Assembly (NCBI GenBank): GCA_002256025.1
Contig: NKIB01013397.1
Location: forward strand, 1-58,428
Length of the DNA: 58,428 nucleotides
Origin: Asterionella formosa
Lineage: Eukaryota
Reading direction: 5' to 3'
Below the pieces are notes generated by a model. The model searched no databases, had not been told where the DNA came from, and saw nothing but the letters and a program-made list of their open reading frames with translations. Position 1 is the first letter of the stretch; each line of letters starts with the position of its first letter. Positions 1-10,409 of the stretch are shown in pieces. Both the position numbers and the translations under genes were made by a program.

Positions 1-76
1 TACATTTTTGCTCTTTTCTTGTACATAAAGTTCCTACATCAACCTTCTGAATGAGTATCTGGGACTATGTCCAACT

Positions 77-1942
77 TTATGAAGCACACCATCCACCACT
101 CGTAGGTCGGCAAGTTGTTTTACCACTGCTCACGTCAGCGGGTGCCACACAGCAGGTATACCCACCACCACAGGTGTCGACATTTCTTCTACAGTTACTC
201 CAGTTGGGCACAGTCGAAGACGAAGCGCAATATGCAGCACTTAGGTTTGGTCGACAAGTGGCTTTGCCACTGGAAACATCAGCAGGTGCGACGCAGCAAA
301 CCCAATTATTAGCGCAAGTGCTGGATCCTCTTGTGCAGGTACTCCAGTTGGGAATGAGGGGTTGCGATGGTTCCACACTAATGCAGCTGCTACCAGCAAG
401 GTAATTGCTAATGACTTGATTATTGTTGGGATTACCATGAGTGGCACCTATAGCAAATACAAGGGAGGTTAAGTGTTGGCAATAAGAAATAGGCAATCAC
501 GACCGGCACTGAAAACGTACCACAATTGTGCCCCAGTTCATGAGCAAGGAGATCTGATTGCAGTTGGCGATCTGTAAAGAAGGTTATATGGTTCACACCA
601 TATGAGGATCTTGTGTCACAAAGACTTTGAACGTTGGCACAACCAATGACACAAGAACCAGTATTATCGCATTCAAAACTAGTCCCAGCGAATAAATGAG
701 CCGCGTCTCGCCTAACCGAGCCTCTGTTGGTGCTCCAGAAGTTTGAAAAGAACTGGAGCAGGCCACTAATTCCACATCCAGATTGGTTAAGTCTCACACC
801 GGCTGCGTATGGATCGGTAGATGGATCACAAAAGCCTTCTATGTAACTAATCTGGACCTTGCCACAAAAGTCATTCTGATACTGGGTGGAGACCCTAGCA
901 ACAATCTGCTGAATTACAGCATTGGCATTGCTAGCCCCATTCATTTTCGAACAAAATGATGAATCATACGCAATAGCGACTTCAATAACCCTGAGCATCG
1001 AGCACCTGGATTGCAAGTGCCTTTCTTCCCGTGAAGAATCCGATTGTTCCATCAACTTTCGCCACCCAAGGCCAATTTCCTTTGCGTTGCCGCTGCTACT
1101 TCCAATTTGAGGTTCACTGGAATTGTTACCACTCTCACCAATTAATTTAGTATCGGCCATGAGGGATTTACTGATTGCTTCTTTGTCGCGAGCCTCAGGG
1201 AGCATGACAGCAAGTACTCCACCTGAAACTTCTTCCATGTACGTATTTGATCCATCGGCAAAGGTAATATCAATTGTTTGCACGTTTCCTCCAGGTCCCT
1301 TTGTCACCAACATAGTGGTATCAGAATCAACTTTCATAAATGTTGCAACCGCAGGAAGTGGCTTCTTCTTTCCGTCATACACATATGTGGCATCAGGCGA
1401 AAACACATCCATCGGGAGGAGATCATCCATCGAATGTACAGCGCCATTAACCTTGATTGTATTACGTTTAGAAATCTTTATCATGGGCAAGTCTATACCC
1501 TGTTTCATTTGGTGGCTTTTCTTGAACTCATCCATGACCTCTTTGGAAGGGACCTGAAACAATGGCTCATGTTCATCCTTTATAATATTCATTTCCTTGG
1601 CGCGTCCGTTCAAGGCTCTGTCCACGACTCCTGTATCCATCGCCCCTTCCTCCATGGGAGGAGTGAGAAAATCGGAAGAGGTTGCATCTTTGTCGGTAGC
1701 CTCTTCACGAGATAAATTTTTTCCACGCAGTTCGCTCTACAGTCAAATACAGAACACACAACATTGTTAGGAAACCTGGAGCAGAAAATGTCGGGGCATG
1801 GCTGGAATGCCGCCGAATTAGGTGGCTCAAAGTGATTTTGGTATTATCAGCTACTTACTTGCTTTACTGCTTCGACAGCATTGATTGACACCGAAGCCAA
1901 GAGGACTACAAAAAGGACCGCTTTTGTCAGGAAGGTGGGCAT
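77..1942 (-). CDS. Secreted metzincin (reprolysin/M12B-like) zinc metalloprotease with two C-terminal Cys-rich repeats; exons 1942-1859, 1736-521, 447-77 (~556 aa)
   Basis: ATG at 1942 opens a signal peptide (MPTFLTKAVLFVVLLASVSINAVEA). GT-AG introns 1858-1737 and 520-448 keep frame. Splicing yields HELGHNCGATH (HExxHxxGxxH). Also IEVAIAYDSSF, RDAAHLF and an RHLQ propeptide-like site. Confidence 0.88.
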
Positions 1943-2019
1943 CTTGTTGGTGTAGAAACGACGTTATGAAAATAGCTAAGCAATGACTGATTCAATGAAA
2001 AATTGCAATGCAGGGTTTT

Positions 2020-2280
2020 TGATTTTATGAGTCGTAGCATGTTGATTCTGCAAACAAGTCATGACTCGAGTCATCTCAAAGGTTTCGCTTGCATACATAC
2101 AGCATTTCGTGTATTTCCTCTGTCTGATTCATGATGTGAGTGGTGAAAGAGGAATATGATTAAATTAAGAACGATGTCATGCATATAAAACATTGTCATT
2201 ATGATATTCTTGAGTCATACAAACGTGCATATCAAAAATTTATATGGATATGTTTTTATTTGTACTAACATTTGACTCAT
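2020..2280. promoter_or_regulatory. Cluster of AP-1/bZIP-like sites upstream of the metalloprotease
   Basis: 14-bp palindrome ATGACTCGAGTCAT at 2061-2074, TGAGTCA at 2211-2217 and TGACTCA at 2273-2279. Confidence 0.35.
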
Positions 2281-2636
2281 GTGGTACAAGCACAAGAGAC
2301 TTCATGATTCAGGTGAGGATACTACGAGGTACCAGTGAGAAACTGCTGTGACCCTCTCCATAGCTACCGGTAAGTTCTCCTATTCGTTTGATTAGTTCGA
2401 CTAAACTTATTCCTTGGCTTGCGAGAATCAAACTTCCTGGTAGGTCCGGTAATCAGCGAGTTGCGCGCACTATATACTAAAAATTCCACGCAGTGGTTTC
2501 AACCTACTTAATTGGAAGTCTGTCCGGCTCACCAATTCCGAAATAATGAAAATCTCAAATTATTTCAATTTATTTAGGTTACCTGTAACTGTTATAAACT
2601 TTCAAGCAGAAAAGCGCCGCCACCTTTCACCGCAGA

Positions 2637-3170
2637 ATCGCTGACTACCGACTTCAACTTGCTGACTGCTTCTTGTTGCTAACTGCTGACTTGATTTGCT
2701 GAAAATTTGAAAATATTCGCTGACTGCTGACATGCTGTCGCTGACTGCTTACTTTAACATGCTGATGTCAAACAAGCTACTTTGTACATAGGAAGAGACC
2801 GACTACTGGTACCGGTGTACTAATCGTGTCTACTTTTCTTATTAGAATAACGATGGAAATGCATCATCTTTCTGTTGTTGGGATACTAAAAGTGATGCCT
2901 TCTACGTTCATACTATACTATCGGGAGTAACATAGTAAACATACCTGGTACTCCGTACATGATAATAAACTGTGAAATCGACATTGATGCCTAAAAAAAT
3001 TCATTGCTATCTACTTCGTGATATTGCTACCACCATGTACCGGTACTATCATAAAAATGATGACTTCATCTTGCTAACTACTGACTGCTGACTTGATTCG
3101 CTGAAAATTTGAAAAAATCGCTGACTCCTGACTGCTGACATGAAATCGCTGACTGCTGACTTCAAGTTCA
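2637..3170. repeat. Two diverged direct copies (~2637-2770 and ~3060-3170) of a GCTGACT-rich repeat
   Basis: Shared core ACTGCTGACTTGATT(T/C)GCTGAAAATTTGAAAA..TCGCTGACT with many GCTGACT heptamers. Confidence 0.8.
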
Positions 3171-3770
3171 TTTTGACAATAAAACGAGTAACGGCTTAAC
3201 GTCTATAGAAACGACTATTTAAAGAATATCGGAGTGGCACAAAATTTATGGGTTCGAAAATTTTTGGGGTATACCCCTTCCTTTTTCTCGTTCGTGACTC
3301 GATGAAAAGAAAACGAGCAACCTGCACGCTATGTGCGCTGATTACTGGACCTTCCTGGTCTTGTTAACCTAAGGAGTCAGCAGGTTGTGGGTCTGTCGAT
3401 ATTCCCATTGAAGGTCAAGGTACTGAGATACAAACCCTTATACCATACATGGACGAAATTTGGCGGTAATGGGTCACAGCAGTACTTAGCTAAATTTTTA
3501 TCTATAATTGAATAAAATTTTATATACCATTACAATCAAGGATTACCCTGTTTAGTTTTTGCAAAAAGAATTATTCAAATTTTCGCATCCAGATTTAATG
3601 CAAGTATATATATCACAATCACATCCAGCACACAAATGCATTCAGTCACATTAAATGCTGCACCCATCAACACCACTGCACCATTATCATCCTCATGATC
3701 CCTACACCCCTGCCCTTCCACAAGCACAACATCAAGAGGTAGGTCAACATCTGCAAATGAAAAGGTACAT

Positions 3771-3816
3771 GTGGCTGTGGCTGTGGCTGTGGCTGTGGCT
3801 GTGGCTGTGGCTGTGG
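3771..3816. repeat. (GTGGCT)n hexanucleotide microsatellite
   Basis: About 7.5 perfect units upstream of TFIIS. Confidence 0.95.
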
Positions 3817-4020
3817 GTTTCCCTGTGGCTGTCCTCTTGTTCGTATCCACAATCTAATCGCACATCCTACCAGGTACTGGGATACGCACACGCCCAACCA
3901 CTCATCACTCCTCCACTCACTCACTACTTGTGATGCTGCTCACTGCTTGCTTGTTGTGCTCACCTCCCTCAATTCCCTTTGTGTTGCATAACAGCGAATC
4001 CCAACAATTGCTGCAACACA

Positions 4021-5037
4021 ATGGCAACGTCGAAGCGACTCTTGCAGGAGGTTCAAGAACTGAAAGGCTCCTTGTCCAAGGCCCTGAAAGTGATTAGCAG
4101 TGGCACTACTAGTACTAGCAGTACTAGCATTTCTACTAACGGGACGAACAAGGACGACGTGGTTTCGACCGAACAATGCTTGGACATGTTGAAGCGTTTA
4201 GAAGAAGTCCCCATGACTCTTTCCATTCTTACTGAAAGCCTTATAGGAACGGTCGTTTCCAAGTTGAAACACCATGACACGTTGGGTCCATCCGCGAAGT
4301 CCTTGGTGAAAAAGTGGAAGAAACTAGCCAAGGATGAAACCACTGGAAATAGCAGTAGTGCTAGTGCCACTGCCACTACTGCTAAAAGTGCTACTGCTAG
4401 TTCTTCTAAACAACAACAACTACTACAACAAGAAGAAGAAAAGCTATTACAACAACAGCAAGAACAACATTGGGATGAGTTGCCTCCCTTGAGAAAGAAC
4501 ATTTGCATCAAACTTCACCAGTTGTTGACATTGGAACGGACTGCCATGTTGAGTAATGGTATGAATGACACTGCGTTTGATCATCTGACACTATCACGAG
4601 CATCAGAAGTAGAAGCTGCCATTCAAGCAAAGTACACAAATAATAAGAGTGGGTACACGGAAAAGGCAAGATCCTTGTGTTTTAATATTAAGAAAAATTC
4701 GACATTACGACGGAACATTATCATGGGATCGACACCTGCCACTGACTTGGTTACCATGACGAGTGAGCAATTGTCCACTGCTGAAGATGCTGAAGCAAGG
4801 AATGCTGAAATTAGTAGGTTGCAAGAATCACGACGATTGGATTGGGAAACAGCCAATGAAGGAAAGATTAATGAAATGTGTGGAATCAAAGGAGACTTGC
4901 TACGTGCATCACTCTTTACATGTTCACGATGCAAGTCGACAAAGACAACATCGACACAAAAACAAACGAGATCAGCAGATGAACCCATGACTGTTTTTGT
5001 ATTGTGTATAAATTGTGGAAAGAGATGGAAGTGTTAA
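4021..5037 (+). CDS. TFIIS: Transcription elongation factor TFIIS
   Basis: N-terminal TFIIS/LW domain (LTESLIGTVVSKL...AKSLVKKWK), central domain (YTEKARSLCFNIKKN) and Zn ribbon with QTRSADEPMT and CxxC pairs. First ATG is 4021. Confidence 0.96.
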   Translation: MATSKRLLQEVQELKGSLSKALKVISSGTTSTSSTSISTNGTNKDDVVSTEQCLDMLKRLEEVPMTLSILTESLIGTVVSKLKHHDTLGPSAKSLVKKWKKLAKDETTGNSSSASATATTAKSATASSSKQQQLLQQEEEKLLQQQQEQHWDELPPLRKNICIKLHQLLTLERTAMLSNGMNDTAFDHLTLSRASEVEAAIQAKYTNNKSGYTEKARSLCFNIKKNSTLRRNIIMGSTPATDLVTMTSEQLSTAEDAEARNAEISRLQESRRLDWETANEGKINEMCGIKGDLLRASLFTCSRCKSTKTTSTQKQTRSADEPMTVFVLCINCGKRWKC

Positions 5038-5440
5038 AGAACGACCATTTGGGGGGAGCGAGGGAAACTATTAGAAATGGGATGATGGTCTATGCATTTA
5101 TATTTATGTAACGATAGTAGTATTATACACGCCAGTAGTTATCTGATGACTTATGTTTTTAGTTGTATGTTAATGACCAAGTTGCAATGCATGAACAAGA
5201 AACCATTTTGCTTCTCCCTGGAAATGTTTCGTACACTTTTCTCTAGTTTGCAATTCAGTCTGTTGTTCAACTAACATATCATACACACACATTTACACTC
5301 TAAATACGTATTGTGACAAATTCAATGATTCTTGACAATTCCTTTTTTCTAACTAATTCAAGAGTCATGGCTCTGCTATATGTGCATTAATCGGGCAAGT
5401 TGGAGGTTACCAGTTCTTGACTTTTAGGACGTAATCCGCT

Positions 5441-8400
5441 TCATCGCTTCGCCCGAACAGGGACTTTTAGTGCATCAGCAGCAAGATCAACACAGTCTGA
5501 TTTTTGCACACGGAGACCATGTGTTCCGAGAATTGCATCAACTTCAGGAATGGCAGGAAGTTCCACCATAATATCATCACCTTCGACCTTGACAGGGAAG
5601 GTCAAAATCTTGAGCTCGTCATCGCCACCAATTTGTTCTCCACTAGAGAGACTAAACTGCTTTTTATGCAGAGGACAGGCAACCTTGGAAATACCCTCAG
5701 AATCTCCCATGATACCTTGCGAAAGAACAAATGCCTGCTTGTGGGGGCACATATTTTGAGTGCAGTACCACTCTCCACGAATGGCGTTGTTAAAAATAGC
5801 AAGCTGAGTATCACCATAGAGAATTGGAGTTCCAACATTTGGAACAAAGTCAGAAATTGTTCCGACTTGGACCCAAGACTTTTCGGAGTTGGCAAACACA
5901 TCAGTTTCAGGAGCTTTCCAGAGTGTCTGACCAGAACCATCCTTGGCCCAGTCTGCTGGACGCTTCTGTCCTCGAATGTCAACAAATTCGATCATATCTT
6001 CCTTTTCAATATTCACATCCGTATTGGCAAATTGCTTGAATTTGGCGCGGAGCTCTGGGTTATTGACAACCTCTGCCCATTCATCGTGGTATGAGTCAAC
6101 CAGCTTCTGCATGCGAGCATCAAGTTCATCATTAATTCCAAGAGAGTCTTCCATGATGACCTCCTTCAAATGCTCGATTGGCCCACCTCCATTCTTTCCA
6201 CTGGGGAGCTTTGCTTGCCAAGGGGCAGTTCGCTCAAGCTTATCAGCAGTGAGAATGTAGTACATGAGGTAGCGGTCAAGGTACTTGAGAACAGTGTCTT
6301 CGTCAATATCTGTGGCGAGGAGCTCGGCATGGACTGGGTTGGCACCACCGTTACCACCAACGTAGAGGTTGTAACCATTCTCAGTTGCAATCATTCCAAA
6401 GTCTTTTCCAACGGCTTCAGCACACTCGCGGACACACCCAGATACTCCACCCTTCAGCTTGTGCGGAGAGCGAACACCCTTATAACGGTTCTCGACACGG
6501 ACTGCAAAGGACACGGAATCCTGGACTCCATATCGGCACCAAGTTGATCCAACGCAAGATTTGACAGTACGAAGAGCCTTTCCGTAGGCATGTCCAGATT
6601 CAAACCCAGCCTTGCCAAGCTCCTCCCAAATATCAGGCAACTGATACTTGGCAGCACCAAAGAGATCGACACGCTGAGCTCCGGTTACCTTGGTGTAAAG
6701 GTTGTACTTTTTAGCAACCTCACCCATTGCGATTAGCTGATCGGGACTTAATTCTCCACCAGGAACACGAGGAACGACAGAGTAGGATCCACCCCTTTGC
6801 ATGTTGGCCATGGCACGATCGTTGGTGTCCTGTAGTTGGTCACGACCACCTTCAAGGATGATTCCATTGTTGAGAGATGCTAAAATAGACCCAACCGCAG
6901 GCTTGCAAATCTCGCAACCATCTCCTTGACCATGTTTATGCAAAATCTTTTCAAACGAGTCCACACTAGATGGATCAGCATCTGTTCGGACCTTGGCCAT
7001 TAGTTCAGGCCGAGACATGTGAAAGTGTTCGCACATGTTGTTGGAGAGCTTTCCTCCCATGGAAATCAATGTCTCAGCAAGGATAGACTTGACTTGAGGT
7101 TCGCATCCGCCGCATCCAGTTCCGGCTTTGCTGCACTTCTTGACTGCCCCCAAGGTGGCTCCGTCGACACCAAGTTGCATAATTGTATCTACAATGGCAC
7201 CTCGGGATACATCATTGCACGAGCAAATCTGAGCAGCAGCATCGGTTGAGACAGCTTCTTCTACGACTGCTGAGCCACGAGCCGAAGGAGGAGGAAGGAG
7301 CATGGCTGGGTTTGCAGTAAGGCCGGCATCGCTGCCTCCCACCGCCAGCTTGTGAAGAACAGAATAGTCAGACGCGTCTCCGACAAGGATGCCACCACGA
7401 AGTTTGGTTCCGGCCTTGTTGAAGATAAGTTTACGGTAAATGGAGTTGATGGGGTCGTTCCATACAAGTTCCGTCACGTCGGTGTCATCAGGTCCAGGTT
7501 GGTTGACACCGAATGATGCGACATCACAACCCAACAGCTTGAGTTTAGTGGAAAGGTCGGCACCTGTAAAGGCGTTTTCACCTTCGATACTGCCAATGAT
7601 ACCAAGGTCTTCAGCAGTACACTTGGCAGCAACATCAGCCATGGTGTAGCCAGGAGCAATCAACCCGTAGATAAAGTTCTTATAGAGGGCAATTTCTCCA
7701 ACGGCATAGACACCATCGGCTGATGTACGGAGTTGCTCGTCAACAATGACACCACCACGTTCGCCAAGGGCGATGCCGGCAACTCGGGCCAACTCGTCAC
7801 GAGGCTTAATGCCACAACTAACCACCACCATTTCCACAGGAAGGTCGTCCCATCCATTGCTAAATTTGAGTGCGGCCACAGGGGACATGCTTTCATTGTC
7901 GTCAGTACCATCTTGACCAACAAAGGCTTGAGTGCGGGCATCGCAATGCACTTTGAGGCCCAATTCTTCAATCTTCCCCACCAAGGCATTGTGTCCACCT
8001 TGGTCAATCTGTCTCATCATGAGAATAGGTGCAAACTCAATGATGTGCGATGTAATTCCCATATCCTTGACAGCCTTTGCCGCTTCAAGGCCTAAAAGAC
8101 CTCCTCCAATGACTGCGGCTGATTGAACATTGTTTGCCTTGGCGTAGTCCAACATGGCTTCGAGGTCTTCAATGGTGCGGTACACAAAGACTCCCGGTCG
8201 TTGTTTTCCTGGAACTGGAGGGACAAATGGGAACGATCCCGTGGCAAGTACAGCAACATCATAGGGTAATACTTTTCCAGATGCTCCAGTCACAGTCTTG
8301 GCCTCCGTGTCCATGGCAACGGCCTTGTCATTGAGTAGAATCTCCACATTGTTCTCATCGTACCATGCTGTTTTGCCCTCTGCATCAAACTCCGATGTCA

Positions 8401-8803
8401 TGGACAGGCTCGATGGATCCCGCGTTTCAAAGTAGGATGTAAGTCGAACTCGATTGTACGCCGCTCTTGGCTCTTCACAGAATGTACTAATTATGCATTC
8501 CTTTTTCGTGTCTAGCTTCAAGAGGTTCTCCATGAAACGTTGACCCACCATGCCATTTCCAATAACCACAACGCGCTTCTTCGCCTGCTCTGCAGCGTAC
8601 AGTCGCGACGCTGATCTTCGTGGGCCAGCTGTGGAGTGACGAATGGATGGGGCAAAAGCGAATGCTGTTGCGGCCTCTGTTTGTAGGAGGAGGAGGAGGA
8701 GGAGGACTGAAGCGCATACTCCTGAGGCGCCGACGAGACTGTTATTATTACTGGACGGTCTCGTTGTTGCTGTTGTAGTTGCTGGTGCAGTGGTTGACAA
8801 CAT
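5441..8803 (-). CDS. nirB: NAD(P)H-dependent siroheme nitrite reductase, NirB fused to a Rieske NirD domain, with a bipartite plastid-type presequence
   Basis: FAD motif VVVIGNGMVG, NAD motif IGGGLLGLEAA, BFD-like CSCNDV/GTGCGGC, siroheme motifs KSCVGSTWCRYG and SGCVRECAE, Rieske CPH...VACPLH. First ATG is 8803; the ORF-track start at 8866 is GTG. Confidence 0.96.
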   Translation of the reverse strand: MLSTTAPATTTATTRPSSNNNSLVGASGVCASVLLLLLLLQTEAATAFAFAPSIRHSTAGPRRSASRLYAAEQAKKRVVVIGNGMVGQRFMENLLKLDTKKECIISTFCEEPRAAYNRVRLTSYFETRDPSSLSMTSEFDAEGKTAWYDENNVEILLNDKAVAMDTEAKTVTGASGKVLPYDVAVLATGSFPFVPPVPGKQRPGVFVYRTIEDLEAMLDYAKANNVQSAAVIGGGLLGLEAAKAVKDMGITSHIIEFAPILMMRQIDQGGHNALVGKIEELGLKVHCDARTQAFVGQDGTDDNESMSPVAALKFSNGWDDLPVEMVVVSCGIKPRDELARVAGIALGERGGVIVDEQLRTSADGVYAVGEIALYKNFIYGLIAPGYTMADVAAKCTAEDLGIIGSIEGENAFTGADLSTKLKLLGCDVASFGVNQPGPDDTDVTELVWNDPINSIYRKLIFNKAGTKLRGGILVGDASDYSVLHKLAVGGSDAGLTANPAMLLPPPSARGSAVVEEAVSTDAAAQICSCNDVSRGAIVDTIMQLGVDGATLGAVKKCSKAGTGCGGCEPQVKSILAETLISMGGKLSNNMCEHFHMSRPELMAKVRTDADPSSVDSFEKILHKHGQGDGCEICKPAVGSILASLNNGIILEGGRDQLQDTNDRAMANMQRGGSYSVVPRVPGGELSPDQLIAMGEVAKKYNLYTKVTGAQRVDLFGAAKYQLPDIWEELGKAGFESGHAYGKALRTVKSCVGSTWCRYGVQDSVSFAVRVENRYKGVRSPHKLKGGVSGCVRECAEAVGKDFGMIATENGYNLYVGGNGGANPVHAELLATDIDEDTVLKYLDRYLMYYILTADKLERTAPWQAKLPSGKNGGGPIEHLKEVIMEDSLGINDELDARMQKLVDSYHDEWAEVVNNPELRAKFKQFANTDVNIEKEDMIEFVDIRGQKRPADWAKDGSGQTLWKAPETDVFANSEKSWVQVGTISDFVPNVGTPILYGDTQLAIFNNAIRGEWYCTQNMCPHKQAFVLSQGIMGDSEGISKVACPLHKKQFSLSSGEQIGGDDELKILTFPVKVEGDDIMVELPAIPEVDAILGTHGLRVQKSDCVDLAADALKVPVRAKR

Positions 8804-9143
8804 GATGATGATGAAGTGACTGACTTTGGTCAGTTTTTTTTTCGTGGCTTTCGTTTGGGTCTTCACAATGAGTTTCTTGTGTACAATTTTGTGAGCGACT
8901 ATTTGCTTGATATGTTACTGATATGATATGCCTACTCCTAAAACGTAACCCGCATCCTCAGCTTTTGTTGATGATTATAGCTGTAATAGAGCTACATAAT
9001 TCTTCTTCTTCCCTTGCCTCTGGAAGATCCGATACCTTTCCTTCCTACTAATACCGGTAAAACAACCCAAAATGTGCAGCTGTTCGCACAGTCCGCTCCA
9101 ATTCCTGCCGGTATTTTTGTCATCCATCACGTTGTGACTATTG

Positions 9144-9151
9144 TGACGTCA
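9144..9151. promoter_or_regulatory. TGACGTCA (CRE/aureochrome-box-like) palindrome in the nirB upstream region
   Basis: Perfect TGACGTCA about 340 bp upstream of the nirB ATG. Confidence 0.3.
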
Positions 9152-9684
9152 TGGATGTCTTTTCTGTGACACTGGCGGCAACCTCTCTTCCGGAACCTGG
9201 GCTGTCTTTTGGCCGGCAGAGGAACGAATGCTACCTGGTACCAGTAAAAGAATGCACGCGGCATGTTTACTACCTACAGTAGACTACTCCAGCAATGTTA
9301 CATATTTACCGTAAATTTAGTTACAGTACCTGCTACCAGGTACCTGGTACCAGTAGTAACCATTCCGGCAGCGTGGCTTGGAAGGAAATGTATTCCTCAG
9401 GAGCATAGATCAATGTTCATTGCTGCACAATGAAAAGTAATTGATACTGTAACTATGTAGCTGGTAATATCAGGACTACACTCTCGTTATTCGGTTTGGA
9501 ATACATCCGTTGTTGATTTAGTAGTGGTAGTGAGGCAGTCGGAGTACCAGGTACTGATAACAGCCGGCAGCGAACACATGCAGGACGAACGGCAACTACA
9601 ACAACGACTAATGCCGGTGGAGAACGGAAGTACTTCTTTATGTACATATTCGTCTATTGCTATGTAGATAACAACCGCAATACT

Positions 9685-9815
9685 GGGGAATGCCTTAGTG
9701 GTTAGCACACCCTTCTACGGTGGCGGGTTCGATTCCTGCATTCTCCACCTGTCTTTTTCATGCAGTCCCTAGGGTTTCGGGGGGTGACGAAAGACAGGTC
9801 CGGTCGTATCGTACG
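9685..9815 (+). mobile_element. tRNA-headed SINE-like element, family A, copy 1
   Basis: A-box-like TGCCTTAGTGG, B-box GGTTCGATTCC and acceptor-like pairing GGGGAAT/ATTCTCC, followed by a 10-bp stem ACCTGTCTTT (9747-9756)/AAAGACAGGT (9790-9799). Homologous to 20110-20245. Confidence 0.7.
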
Positions 9816-9918
9816 AATGTAATAGAGTGAAACACGATCAGGATTCCTTCTCCGGCTGTTTGAAAAAAAGTGTAAGGTTTTTCTATTTAAAATGGGATAT
9901 TTCTGTTACGATAAAAAT

Positions 9919-9991
9919 TCTCTGTTAGCTCAGTTGGTAGAGCGCGGGACTGTTAATCCTGAGGCCGTAGGTTCGATCCCTACACAGAGAG
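9919..9991 (+). tRNA. trnN: tRNA-Asn(GTT)
   Basis: Cloverleaf with acceptor TCTCTGT/ACAGAGA, D-arm GCTC..GAGC, anticodon loop CT-GTT-AA, T-arm GTAGG-TTCGATC-CCTAC and a downstream T-run. Confidence 0.97.
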
Positions 9992-10409
9992 CCTCTTTTG
10001 CCCTTTCTTTCTTACTACCGATCGTCACCATTACTGCTTAAACTAACATTTTAATCTGGGGTAAAGATAGCTAAATCTTTAGTTTCAGCAAAGTTACCGC
10101 ACCTTGCTGGTACCAGGTCCTGACACTCCTGTCTTACTTATTATATTCTATGTACACTCAGTACCCCAAGTGGAGCTTGTTGTATTTGAAAGGAGCTTGA
10201 CACCACTTTTGCGAACCTTATTACATACCAGTATTTACTGGTAGTACATACGGTGAATGAGGTACTCCTGTTTTGATGTCAATAAAATTGGGTCGAAACA
10301 TGTGATTAGGTATTAGTATTGGAACCGTATTGTTACCGGCAGTCTATTTGTTCTTTCTTGTACATCACATCTACTATATTCGCTAGATTAAAATGATACT
10401 TGTCTCATC

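Noticed and set aside
3575..3933. ORFs with TATATA, WLWLWL and PQPQ peptides
   Set aside because: They are translations of the (GTGGCT)n microsatellite.
9685..9747. Possible functional tRNA-Arg(TCT)
   Set aside because: Too short, weak D-stem and no variable loop; the anticodon loop is not conserved in the second copy.
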